A stretch of 64,000 nt of DNA from Tricharina praecox (taxonomy: Eukaryota). The translations under genes and the position numbers were made by a program. A model generated the notes under the pieces. That model was not told where the DNA came from. It did no database searches and worked only from the letters and a program-made list of their open reading frames with translations. Shown one piece after another: positions 36,997 through 49,439 of this stretch (positions are counted from its first letter, which is position 1; each line of letters begins with the position of its first letter). Location: the NCBI RefSeq assembly GCF_024521635.1, contig NW_026250416.1:1-64000 (forward strand), written 5' to 3'.

Positions 36997-39900
36997 AACG
37001 GACAAGAAATGTTGTACAACAGCGCAGGCCGGGGGCGATCCTTAGCGTCGTGAATGTACCGCTCTTGGTTACGTGTTTCCTCGATGCAAGCTGCCGGGCC
37101 TCCCCGAAGCGAGTTGCAAGGTCATGGGCACGCACTCGAGCCCATGGCTACGACGGAATCGAAACGATAGCGAAACACCCAGGGTGGAATGCGGTCATTG
37201 TTTCCTTTGTATCTCTCTTAATTCGGAGAGGTTTAGGGGGGGAGGGAAGAAAATCGTCCGGCTCGGACAATGGGCTGAGGAGAACGATCAGGCCGGCCCG
37301 GCAATGGAGAGACGACGAGACGTCCAGAGTACGATAATTGTTGATGATGAGGATGATGAGGATGACGCGCGACGAGTGATGGCAGTCGGTTGGCAGTCGG
37401 TTGGAATCGTTACAGGATATTGTCTCCGTATGTAACAAAAAGGGATCGCTGGTATATACTTTTGACAGCCGTGAACCATTGCTGGGCGAATGATCGAAGA
37501 CCCATCCATCTTCCGCGCTAAATGTACCACTTCACCAGTGACCCTCTTTGATTGATTGATTGTTCATACAGCATAGAACCCTAAAGTTATGGCCGGCAGA
37601 GGTATCTACAATAAAGCATTGACAAAGAAATTACACCACCAAATCCCAGAAACAGAAATGACAGTCAGTGAACTCACGACATCGAGAAAAGCCGTGCATC
37701 CAAGTATTGATATCGCGTTCCTGTGATACCTACTGCGCTTAAACATCGGAGGTGGCCCGGATGGGGCGCCTGAATGACGCGCGCTGGCCGCCCAACTTCT
37801 CCCCCAGCCTCCAGGCTTTCGCGAGCGCCACAGCTCAGCACCGGGAGGAGCGACGTATACCGGTACTACGGTAGCAGGCTCATCCAGTCTGTGCGCGCCC
37901 AGGCAGGGAAGAACGGTATAGTCTGCACAGGCGGTATGCGAAACAAAGTGATTCCCTCTCTCTCTCTCTCCCTCTCTCTCTCTCCCCATCACTCTCACGT
38001 GCACACCCCGACCTTGAGCGAGAACGGGCTGCATAATTCATGATCCATCACGCTTCGTATGTACCTCTCGGGTCTAAGAAAATCAGACGGCCCCCCATCG
38101 GACATGCAATGGTTATAGTACATGAGTACATTTCCTACGGACAGCGGGGAGTCACACCAATCATCAATGGCACGGCCATCACCAGCTACGTCCATGTAAC
38201 ATGGCCGAAGAGGGTGGGTATCGACATCCTCTACATACGCAGCCATACGCGGCCATTCTTCTCATTCTTCTCATTTTCCACAGTCGCGGCCAAATGATGC
38301 TTCTTGGTGATCGGGTTACTGCCTATCACGTAGTGCTTCTTCCCGCCACCGATCATCCCGATTCCCATCCATCTCGAGCCCCGAGCCCCAAACTCCGGAA
38401 CCCCGCCTGTGAATCAGAGGCCTCCGCAACGTCCGAGCCAACTCCCGGATCGAGGCTGGCCGCTGGAAGCCACCCGTCCGTACATACTGCGGCTGACTAC
38501 CATATGTTTACTTCCGTCGCGAGAGAGCCAAAGATCTCGGGATTATGCCGCCTCGAATCCGTAGCCGAGAGAATTTCCGGATGGCATCCGCGGAATATCA
38601 CTCGGCTGGCCGTCACGACTCACTAATTCCGAAAGACGTTTGGAGACTTGATATATTCTAGGTAGTACATACTGCGATGGAGAAAGGCGAATATCAAGGT
38701 TTTAAAAACCTTTGACCGGAGGCGGTGAGTCGGTGACTGCCAGCCGCTTTACTAAGTAGTGTGTCGGTGACAGCCTGACAGGAGTTGGAGCTGGATCCCG
38801 GCGACGCATAAAGTGATGACACCACAGAAGTGCCGGCCGGCCAATGTTTGAGTCAAGGAGAACACGCCAAACCAGGTAGGTAGGAAGTAGGTAAGTCAGC
38901 TGCGAACAGGTCTGACAAGTCGAACACTTCACCACTTCACCTTCACCACTCCACCTTCACCACTCCACCACTCCACAGGACTTGTAGTTATACTGGAGGT
39001 AATATTAATATACTGAATCCCCCCCTCAAAAGAAAAAGCCAAAAATATCTCCAGATAGTAGAGTGCCTTTACATATTACCCGTTGAAATCTCGCTAGAGT
39101 ACCTGTATATCTGCATACACACACTCTGTGTACATAGAATCAAGATTGCCGCTCTCGCGGCTCGCTTCCGGACGTAGGCATGTACGAATCCGAAGTTCGA
39201 ACTGTCTTGCCCTGGCCTGATCTGCTGCAGAGTGCAGAGTGGAGTAGATATCTTTGTCGGATCACCTCGGATGGCGCTGGGCGGATGTTTTACGAACGGC
39301 GTCCGCCGAGCGAAGCCGGCCGGCCGGCAGGGAGCTAGGTACCACGGAAGCTTGCGGAAGGTCCGCGGAGCGAGCGATCGGAGTGCGCGACGCACGGAGC
39401 TGGAGGGAGCGAGGGTATCGCGGGATATCGCGGGGGGCCGAGGTAGGGAGGTGCGAGTGGACGGCTATTATATCTACTCTACATATTTCTGCAGATACGG
39501 TGGTCTACATACCTAGCGAAGAGAGTGTGTGGGGGTGGTCTACTACCTGTTGTACTCATATCAGATTCGATATCGCTCGTATGCTATACATCCCGTTTGT
39601 ATCACTCACTCACTCGGAGCAGGAACACGGGATGTGATGTCGTGGGGTTCCCCTCTCCCCCTCCCTCGCTCCCTCGCTCCCTCGCTCCCTCGCTCCTCGG
39701 GGATCCATCCGGAAGGGTTCAACAAGCAGCGCAGAAGTGACGGCCGCCATGCCAGTCCGAATGACTTCCTGCAGGTACCGTCACATCGCTCGCGCTGCTG
39801 CTGCTGCTTCTGCTGCGTTCGTCCGTACTAGTATATGTAAGTAAATGTACCTGCGCAGACCCATCGTGCACTGCAGATGGAATCGCCTTCCCCCCCTCCG

Positions 39901-40389
39901 TCTCTCCGTCCCTCTTCCCCGCCCGCGACTCCGTGGCCTTGCACATCTATGAATCCATGAATCCATCGGAGATATGCTGCCTATGTGAGCGTGTGCCTGC
40001 GTACTCTATGTAGCTTTAGAGTAAGGCAAAGTACGTACGAGTAATGAGCGCACTCATCACAGAGCACTGGTTACTGACTGCTTACGGGAAATAATAGAGA
40101 TACATAGAGACGGGAAGAGTTTTCGTGCATGGGGGTTTGTGTATGTGTGGGGGAGATGGGGGGGGGGGGGGGGCTTCCTGTCTGGTCGAGCTGTGTATCC
40201 ACGGTAATAGGTACTCTACGATCAGATGTCGCCAGGAATCACAGACAAGTCAGCCATCGAGCTCTGGTATCATCACATCACTCTGATTCACACCACATCA
40301 CATCACACCCCCCGATTCGCGCGAGCCAGGCAGGCTTGTTTGTTTATTTGTTTATTTGTTTATTTATGTGTTCGGTTCGGAGCGACTGA

Positions 40390-40570
40390 TGTCTGTCTCT
40401 CTCTGTCTCTGCCTGTCTCTCTCTCTGCCTGTCTCTCTCTGCCTCTGTCTCTGTCTGTCTCTCTCTCTGCCTGTCTCTGCCTGTCTCTCTGTCTCTCCCT
40501 CTGTCTGTTGCTCTCGCGCTCGCTCTCGCCCCCACCCCCCCACCCCCCCACCCCCCCCCCCCACCCCCAG
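40390..40570. repeat. Compound CT/CTGT microsatellite followed by a C-rich tract
   Basis: Directly visible low-complexity sequence. Confidence 0.85.
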
Positions 40571-40830
40571 TCGCGAGTCGTGACCACAACGACAACCATC
40601 AATCAGCCAGCCAGCCCGTCAGCCCAGCCCGTCAGCCGCGCTTCGGATCGAATTTTCCTTTTGCTTTCCTTTCTTTTCTGCCCTCACGCAGCCAAAAAAA
40701 AAAAGAGCAATCTCCCTCCTCGCTCCTCCTTGAGTCCTCCCCTGCCACTCACTCGGCTAAACACACAAGCCGCATCAGCACGCTGCATCAGCACACCCGT
40801 AGCGAGCGAGTGGTGAGGTGTGACGGACTC

Positions 40831-40886
40831 GGGAGGGAGGGAGGGAGGGAGGGAGGGAGGGAGGGAGGGAGGGAGGGAGGGAGGGA
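40831..40886. repeat. (GGGA)14 tetranucleotide repeat
   Basis: Perfect run. Confidence 0.95.
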
Positions 40887-41802
40887 GGACGACTGCCAGT
40901 GCAACAGTGCAAGTACAAGCGTGCCGCCACCACCACCCACCACCACCCACACTCAGGCACCCACCCACCCACCCACGCCCCTTTTTCCTGCAGCAGGAAC
41001 ACTTATGCACACGCGCATGGCGAGCGAGCGGGTAAATATGAAAAGAAAAGGCTTTACATACATGCAAACCACAACAGCATGTGTAGATCGAAGAGAAGAC
41101 TCAGGAGAGAACGCCGTGTTGTGTCGTGTGGAGACGGACAGACAGGCAGGCAGGCATGGCCGCGCGGTGGTGTCGCCATCCAAAAGCGACCACAGCCGGG
41201 TGGCCGGGCAGATTATCCGGTGCAGTCTGTCGTCGTTGCATGCTGCTGCTTCTCGCCAATTCATGATCACCGCAAGGAAGCGATCTGTGCCAGACCGTGG
41301 GCGTCAGGGTCGGTACATAGAATCGACACGTTTTTGTTCACATCACTCACATCACTGGGGAAAGAAGAAAAAACGTGCACAAACTTCAAAGGCACGATGC
41401 GAATTAATAGCACGGAAACCAAAATAGTGAATTGTTCCCCCTCCCTCCCTCCCTCCCCTCTCCGCCACCCCATTACAGAATCCTCACATCATTATACCGC
41501 GCGCACACACACATAAAGTAATCCCCACATCCGATAGAACTCCGCGTCGTTTCGTCCACATAAAATACAGATTTCCAAATGTGTCCCAACACAAACTCCC
41601 CATCGTTCTCGTGAAAAGATAATAAAAAATCAGTGGTGCGCACAACCCGTACCATGAAGATGAAAAGAAAAATAATTAAGTCGTACATAATCGCATCAAC
41701 TACACTCCGCAAACTCAAAAAGACGCACGCTCAAGCAAAAATACATACTGCCTGCCTACCGGCTCCGAGAGAGCTGGCGGGAGGAGACAACGGTCATGCG
41801 AT

Positions 41803-42404
41803 TTACAGGAGGTAGGCGACGAGTCCGAGGACACCGGCGAGGGCACCACCGGCGACGGTGGCGCGGTTGGCAGCACCTTCGAAGACTTCGGTGGCCGAGG
41901 CGGCGGGGGGAGCGGTCGAGGGAGCGTAGCTGGGGGAAGACGAGGTCTCGTTTCCGTAGCTGGGGGGAGTGCCGGTGCCGGTGGACATGGGGGGCACAAC
42001 GTAGGTGGGAGTGTCGACGGGGGTCTCGACGGGGTACTCGGACTCAACGGGAGTCTCAACGGGAGTCTCGACGGGGTACTCGGACTCAACGGGGGTCTCG
42101 ACGGGGGTCTCGACGGGAGCAGCGGTCGAGTAACTGATACGGAGGTTAGAAAATGTTCAGGTGTTGATGGAAAGAGGGAAAAAACTCACGTCTTGGTCAG
42201 AGTGCAAGGGCAGTCGGTGATGGTCAAGGTGGTGGGCTCAGTGACGGTGTAGGTGTGGCCGGCCTCGACGTACTCGGTGGGCTCAGCGCAGAAGGTGGTG
42301 TAGGAAGTCACAACCTCGGTGGAAGTGTACTCAGTGGAGTTGTCGTAGGAGTAGGCCGAGACGGTCGACGCAGCGACGGCAACGATGATGGTAGAGTAAC
42401 GCAT
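41803..42404 (-). CDS. Ccg-6/Sed1/Spi1-like GPI-anchored cell-wall protein, 181 aa; exons 42404-42190 and 42133-41803
   Basis: Signal peptide; motif [15 protein letters not shown]...[28 protein letters not shown] repeats; FEGAA omega region and hydrophobic tail; strong codon bias; intron GTGAGT...CTAAC...CAG. Confidence 0.95.
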
Positions 42405-45400
42405 TTTGGTGGATTTGGTATGGGGTTTAGAGGGGACTGAGAAGGTGTATTAAGTATTCGGATGTTTTGAAACGAAAGACTGCGTTTGAAGCGGGAGAGT
42501 GCGAGGGATGATTGATCGAAGCGACTGTGGGTGAGGAGGAAAGGAAAACGAGACCGGAGTGGTCAGCGGGACGTCTTTATACCAAGTGGGTTGATGGAGA
42601 ATGCGGGAAGTCGAAGAGGAAATTCCGTGCTACTGGAGTAACCATGCGGGCTGGGGAGCGCTGTAGTTTTCCCGCCACACCACCATAACGCGAACCTGGC
42701 TGTGGGAGGCCGCCTCCAGCGCTAGTCGGCTGGGTGGGGTGACAACGAGCTGCGTGTATAGGTAGTAGTTAGAGTAGATAGAGATGATAGTTACTCTAGA
42801 CTCTATGGAGAGCAGAGTTCACTGCTAGAGTGGTACTGGCAAGGTCATACCGCTTTGGGCGCCGTGGGAAATTGCAGACCGATCGAATTGGTGTCAAAAA
42901 TAGAGGATCTGAGCTCTGGCTGGCAGCTGCAAGTGACGCTCTGCTTGTTAGTTGGGGGTAGGTAAGCACACGGTTAGCCCTCTCGATTCTCGCTGTGCCG
43001 CCCGGGGTCACTCGTGTGGGTGAGATGGCCGCGCGACCAAGATGCCCTAGCCCCGGGGCCAGGACAGAACAGGATATGCAGCGCTGCCACCATGCAAGTC
43101 GACTTCGCACACTTGCGCTGGCTAGGTAATCGCACGCCCTGGAGCTCCCTAGCTCAGGTACCAGATAAACGTTGCGGGCGTGGGGATGCAGCAATCAATC
43201 CCAGCGCTAAAAGCCTTGGGGGACGCACACCGCGATAACAGGTTTTGGGGGAGCGAGCGAGCGGCGAGAATCATCGTTTGCTTGGTGCGCGCAATTCGAA
43301 GACCTCTTCTCCCGCTGCCGCAAAGAAGAAGGAAAGAAAGAAAAAGACTCCAGCCGTCGCGATCGCGTGGGTTGAGCGGGAAGGAAGACACGGAAAGGTA
43401 AGGACTCGCCGGTATGGTATGTACTTTACGGTATCATACGTATCATACGAGGCTCAGACGTTGCACCGAGTTCATCTCCGAGCCTATCCTCCTTCTCACC
43501 TTCTCGCCATCTCGCCTTCCATTCCACCGGCCCCAACCCACCAACCATGATGGAATGCAGCTGCAAGTCACATAAACGAGGGGAAGGCTTCGAAATTCGA
43601 ATCAATCCGACCCACTCTGCCCGCCTAACTAATTCCTACGATGCGGCTCGCACTTCGTCGCAGAGGGGGACTGCTTTCCCGTCTGCAGGTCGGAGCTGGG
43701 ATAAACGATGTTCCACTTCCCTCCCCTTTCCCGCACCTCCCGGAAGCTTCGCGTGCGCCGTGTGTGCGTCGTCCACCGCGGCGCGTCGTCGTCGCCAGGA
43801 AGCGAGCGAGCTGGAGCACTTATCTACAGACTCGCTTCGACCACTCCCCGAGGAGGAGGAGAAGAAGGAGGAGGAGGGCCGGACTCGCCGGAGGTCGACT
43901 GCATCGCTAGCAGCTAGAGTAGCGGGATGGAAGCAACGCCGAGATCGGATGGGGTATGTCTTCCGGCGGTCAGGTTGGGTTGGGTTTGGCTGTGGTTGTA
44001 CTTTCCCTTCAGGCGGGAAAAGAAGAGACCGGAGCGCGACGCTGTTGCCGCCGCTGGTGTTCGTCTCGCGCTCGCCTACAACAGCAACAGCAACAACAAA
44101 AACAAAAGAACAAACCCTTGCACACCGATATCAACTTCGCGATCTCTTGACACCATCCAACATCCTATGATAGGAAACCCCCGCGAGTGCTGCGCGGTGG
44201 AAAGATTGCATAGATTGGCATGCCAAGCGCAAAGGACGTTCGTCGTCACGATGATATCGAATCTTGATTCTGCCTATATGTGACGGTGGTGGTGATGGTG
44301 GAGCTAGAACCGGTAGGTACCGTACCTATGGCCCTGGCTTCCAGAAACCATGTTCGCTACCAAGCTAGGTCTCTAGAGCACTATGATATCGGTAGTTCCG
44401 GCGTCCTCCGAGCAAGAAACAACGCCGTCGAAATTCCCCGCTCTCGGCGACAGCAATGGGGTGAGGGTGCAGAGATTGAAACATATTGCTTGCGATGATG
44501 CTGATGCGTCGTGGACTCGTGGATTCGTGCACCGAGTACGTCACTGGGAATTAGCCAGGCATGAGAATGGGGCAGGGCGGGACTTGAAACCCCGAAATTC
44601 ACGGAGGGCCATGGATGTGAGCGGGGCGAGTGAACGCCTATGGATGATCATCTCCACAGGCACGTACTCTAGATACTCTACATACATACAAGTAATTGGA
44701 GTACGTCGGCCTGTATGCCGGACGCATGCCCAAGGCCTTCGGAATTCCTCCGTGAATTCCTCCGTAACAACGCGTCCAGGGGGTTTCAAAGTCACCGATA
44801 CCGGTACCGGTATCCGCACCTCGGTTCTGCACAATCTTGCAATCCACGACAGCGGATGGCACGGATGGGTACTGACATAATATAACGTCGATTGCGGCAG
44901 CTGTTTTGAGATTCGTTTTCCACATGCCAGCTGCAGACTCCAATGCAGCGCAGCCATGATGTTCATGCACTGTCACTCAGACCACCAATACCTACTATAC
45001 ATACAGCCACTCGGCATCACTCGCTGACTACGCCGCAGGGCTTGAGCTGAGTGCGAGGACGCGCGAGCCGCTCATCCAACAACAATGCGAGCAACGCTAA
45101 CTAAATCACAAGCCACAGAACCACGAAACGACACCAATTCCTCAGCTACATAACAATCTTCGCCGCAACAAAAAACCGAACAAAGACCCGTACTTACCAT
45201 AGAAATATCAAACGGAGCCAACAGGAGATGGACATGGAATCTCTCAGGCCATGTGAAAGTTTGGAGTGGCCGATGGTGGTTGTCGCCGACCGAGTTACTG
45301 GTGTGTGGCTGATATGACTGAAGCGCTCAGGTGTTCGCATAATTGTTGGATGCGCGAGTGCCTACAATAAAACAAATAAAACCGCGCCGCAGGCCGGAGC

Positions 45401-46280
45401 CATGCAAACTTTGCGAACAGGAGACGATCTTTACGAACAGGAGACCATGTATTCGCCACTAACCCACAGAAAGCCGGCGCCAAGCAAGCGAGCACGACTC
45501 ATCTTCCAGAGGGAAATGAAGACGCAGCCCTACGATGAAAAGGAAGTTTAAGGCCGTGCATTATTTTTGCACAGCCTCACCGCAGGATCTACTGGGTCGA
45601 CGATCACAGATTCACAGCACAGCGGAACACAGCACAGCCTGCCCGTCCGCCCGCTGCCTGCCCAGGTCAGGCCCGTCAACTCGGTGTCGGTGTCGGGGCC
45701 GTGCGGCGAGGCTGTGCAGAGCACGATACCTAGCTTGTGCGAGCTCAAGCTCGTGGGATAAGAAACGAACGAAAGCCCCATGAGCTTGTTTCGACGACAC
45801 GGCTTTCTTTCCATCAATCGAGTGGAAGAACGGTCGGTCATGGTCGGGAATGCGGCCCGGCTCGAACTTTTGCCGGTCGGACTCTGCAGCCAAGTGTCGG
45901 GCGGACTGCAGATATCTACCGGTATGTACCTGGGTACCACGCTCACCTCCACCCCCAGCTGCGACGCCCCAGGTGCGAAAGAGAGTACTTGATGTATGTA
46001 CATATAGTACTGCTTGATTGCAACTGCAACTGTGGCCCTGCACTCCCGTTGCACCGATAATCCGAGAGAGTATGTATCCACCTCCGCAACCACTCGGGTT
46101 GTCGCCATTCCAGAACGCCTTTTCAATCGCCACCTCCATCCAAGCCCGAACGAAGGAAAAAAATACCGAAAAATACAAAAAACCGCTGTCGTGTACAGTA
46201 TCCAGGCACAGGAAACCTCCCCGGCAAAAAACAAACAAACAGAAAAGACCTCACCTGCCCCCACCTGGTCTCCTACTGTC

Positions 46281-46577
46281 CTACAGCAACGGATGGAACC
46301 CCTCGCGTTTTTCCGAGTACCCCCACCCTCGACGACCATCATGCAATCGCTGAAAACTAGCCAGTTCTTCGACATCTGGATCGACCAGCTCGTCGGGATC
46401 CTGATGTCGCAGCTCCAGGATGACGTTGTAGACACCGCTCGCCATGTCGATATCGTTGTCGCTGATGAACGCCTCCGCGATGATGGCCGCCGCGTCCTTG
46501 ATCGTATGCATCGGAAGCGGGAGAGCGTGCGCGACAGTTGTCGCCAGCAGCAGGAGCGGCGCGAGTAAGAATTTCAT
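46281..46577 (-). CDS. Small secreted protein, 98 aa, with C-terminal dibasic (RR, KR) sites
   Basis: caaaaATG start context; signal peptide MKFLLAPLLLLATTVAHA-LP; coding-like codon usage with an open antisense frame. Confidence 0.75.
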   Translation of the reverse strand: MKFLLAPLLLLATTVAHALPLPMHTIKDAAAIIAEAFISDNDIDMASGVYNVILELRHQDPDELVDPDVEELASFQRLHDGRRGWGYSEKREGFHPLL

Positions 46578-48982
46578 TTTTGCACACCGGCGGACGGATG
46601 TTACACAAGAATGAGAGGATCGGCCCGTTCGTTCGATATGTACCCCGTCGAGAGAGAGAAAACGGTCGCCGTTAGGGAAGCGGCTGGTCGGTCAACGGTC
46701 ACCTTCGTCGTCGAGACGAGAAAAGTTTAAAGAGGCGAAGTGAATATATAGAAGAGAAACGAAAACGACCTCGCTAGGAGATATGTTGAAGAGAGAAGAA
46801 GAAGAGAGAAGGACAGCTGCTTCAAAGCATGCCGAATCCGATTTCTCGGGGAACTGCGAAGGCGACAAGTGCAAGTTAGCGACGAAAGCAGGGAAAGAAT
46901 GCGATCTTGAAGAATGCAGTGTGGTCGGGAACTTGAAGAATGTGGTCGGGAAGTCGCAGTCTTCGAAACGGTCAAGGTCACCGCACTGAACTGACTGACA
47001 ACCGCATTCTTCGTTTTTCGTTCTCGCTGGAACGTATGTAGATACATAGGGAGGGTACATACTCGAAACAAAACGAAACTACAGCTCTGCTGGTCAGGTC
47101 TTCCTTGTGGTCGTTCGACTGGCGAGCGCAAACCTGCAATCTGATTTCCCGGCGCGAAGAAGGGGTGGTCCGTGGAAGAGAAAGAGAGAGAAATAACAGG
47201 GAAACATGCCTCCCCACACTCTTAAGGACAAATGGCCAAAGCGCGGGCTGAAGAGTTCGGCATGAATGAAGCGGGGAAGTTAAAGACACGGGAAGACCAT
47301 TTTTCCTCTTGCGGTCGTCTGAAACGGCTTGGGGCGCGACGTTTCAAGTCTCAGGTAGACTATATAAACAGGAGCCCCGCAAAACATTGTCTACTCTACT
47401 CTATTGGCTAAATATCTACAGTCGTATGTAAACCGGTTGCGCCGCTACCCGAGCCCGGGGATGAATGTCGATCGCAGCCTCTCTCTCTCTCTTTCTCGCA
47501 CAGCGAGTCGACAACCCGTTGAAAGTTGAAACGGATACCGATATTTGCATTGTATCACGCACGGTACTCCCCTACCTCCCTATGTAGAACGGAAGCGGCG
47601 GGAACATACGTACGTACGGTACATACGAGTCTCTTGTATACATATCAGGTATATGTACATGGCCTGATGGCGGCGGCGGCGGCGGAGAGCCGGAGACAAG
47701 GCTTGAAATTTGAAAATACCCGTTTAGGCGGCGTAGCATTCGGAGTTGTTTTCTGGCGAGGTCCGAGCGCCGGTAGCCGCGTCGGCTGGGGGCGCTCGGG
47801 TAATCACGCCGGCTTTGCAACGTAACTTCGCAACTAGATAGAATGCGTGGCTGGACTGATCTGCTTGTGGGCACTAGAGAGTCTCTACTCTAGAGTAGAG
47901 GTCCTCAAACCTTGCCGGGTGATCTGGCCGGCCGGAAACCCATCAAGACAGATTGACCAATAACGATGTCCAGCCATGAAATTCGGGTTTGAGGACCTTG
48001 GGAAGGCATGGACGTTAGGTATGGTAAGTGTTGATGTTGCCCCACGGACGCTCCGTCCAGGGTGCACCCAGACCCGGACCCGGAGCTGTCAAAAGCAGGA
48101 GGGTGAAGCTGTCCAAATACGCGAGATAGGTATCGAGATACCCAGAGTCCAGATTCCAGACTCCAGAGGACGAAAGATAGGTACTTCGCTAGGCCCAATT
48201 GGATACAAGATCAGAACTGCGAAAAAACGTCTGCTTGACCAGTCACCCGTGGCCACAAACAAAAGCGACCAGTGGTAGCCTGGTAGGTAGACAAGCTCGC
48301 CTACCTACCTATTCACGGGCTGAAAAGATACTATATGCACGAGTGATGTTGGGTGTGTGTGTGGGTGGGTGGTCACCTAATCATCCACCAGTGTGTGCTC
48401 CCAACATTACAAACCAGGAATGACATAATACATAGGAGGTAAAAAGCTGATAGATCTGCCCTTTCGTAGGAAGTGATATCAGTTGATAAGGCTGATGATC
48501 CATCGTTTTTCTCCGGAACATAAGGGAACTGCCAGGTGCAGTGCTCGTCCGAGTGATAGCTTGTGGGCGGCCGTAAACCACGATTGTTCTCCGAATCTCT
48601 TCCCAGCCCTGGGGTGGGGAGAGGGGGGTATCTGTGATGGTTTCAAGAATGCACCGACTCGTCCGTGAAATCGCCAAGACCACCCCCAAGGAACGGGCTC
48701 CTCCTGACTCCAGACCCGGGCGGAAAGCGTCGGTGGTAATGACCGTCCAATGGGCGCGATGGGCGTGAGAAATACGCTGATCCGGAGGAATATCGAGCAG
48801 TGCCTAGCGCCTATAAACGACAGGGTAATTTCTCTCAGGCCCCCAGATTCCGTCAAGTAAAGAAGGATTACAGAGTTCTCCGGCCTTCTGCACTCGAGGA
48901 ATGAGAAGGGAAGCCCGGCCTTGAAAGTTTGACCCCTCAGTACTCATGGCCGGTTCAGAAACATCCATCACCACGATGTGTG

Positions 48983-49118
48983 CAACGTCCGGCACGGTCC
49001 GGTCCGGTCCTGTCCACAAGAGATACAGGACGGACACGAAGATCCTCCGTCAAGTCCGGCGTTTCCCCTAGGACTGGATCGGACCGGACCGGACCGATCG
49101 GACCCTGCCGGAACGTTG
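48983..49118. mobile_element. 136-bp hAT-type MITE with a near-perfect 8-bp TSD
   Basis: TIRs CAACG-TCCGGCACGGTCCG and (reverse complement) CAACGTTCCGGCAGGGTCCG; (GGTCC)n/(GGACC)n subterminal repeats; flanks GATGTGTG and GGTGTGTG. Confidence 0.85.
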
Positions 49119-49439
49119 GGTGTGTGCGTTCGTCTTGAGCTGCTAGTATGTAGTACACACATACCGGCGAAGCGAAGTGATGGAGGAGCTGTCGGCGGCG
49201 AGAGGATACGGATGCAGTTAGTGTGGATGGCAAGGGCAGCCAGTAGGGAGGGAGCGAACTTGAGAGACCTCCTCTCTCTCTCTCTCTCTCTCTCTCACCC
49301 TCTCCCTCTCTCTCTCTCTCTCATCATCATCTACAGAATAGACGATCAACCTCTACCTCCCCTTTCTCCTTGTGCGTTCTCCCCCCTAGACTCGCTTTTC
49401 GGCCTAGAGAGGCATAGGCGAAAGGGCCCTCGCAAAACC

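Noticed and set aside
46254..46283. A-to-I stop-loss editing of the TAG to extend the small secreted protein by WDSRRPGGGR
   Set aside because: Possible in principle in some ascomycetes, but the genomic sequence gives no evidence.
45548..46568. 295-aa minus and 184-aa plus ORFs
   Set aside because: Alternative-frame or antisense overlaps of the 98-aa secreted gene and its T-rich 3' region.
48058..48611. Another CAGGG...CCCTG hAT-like element
   Set aside because: Only 5-bp end complementarity and no TSD.
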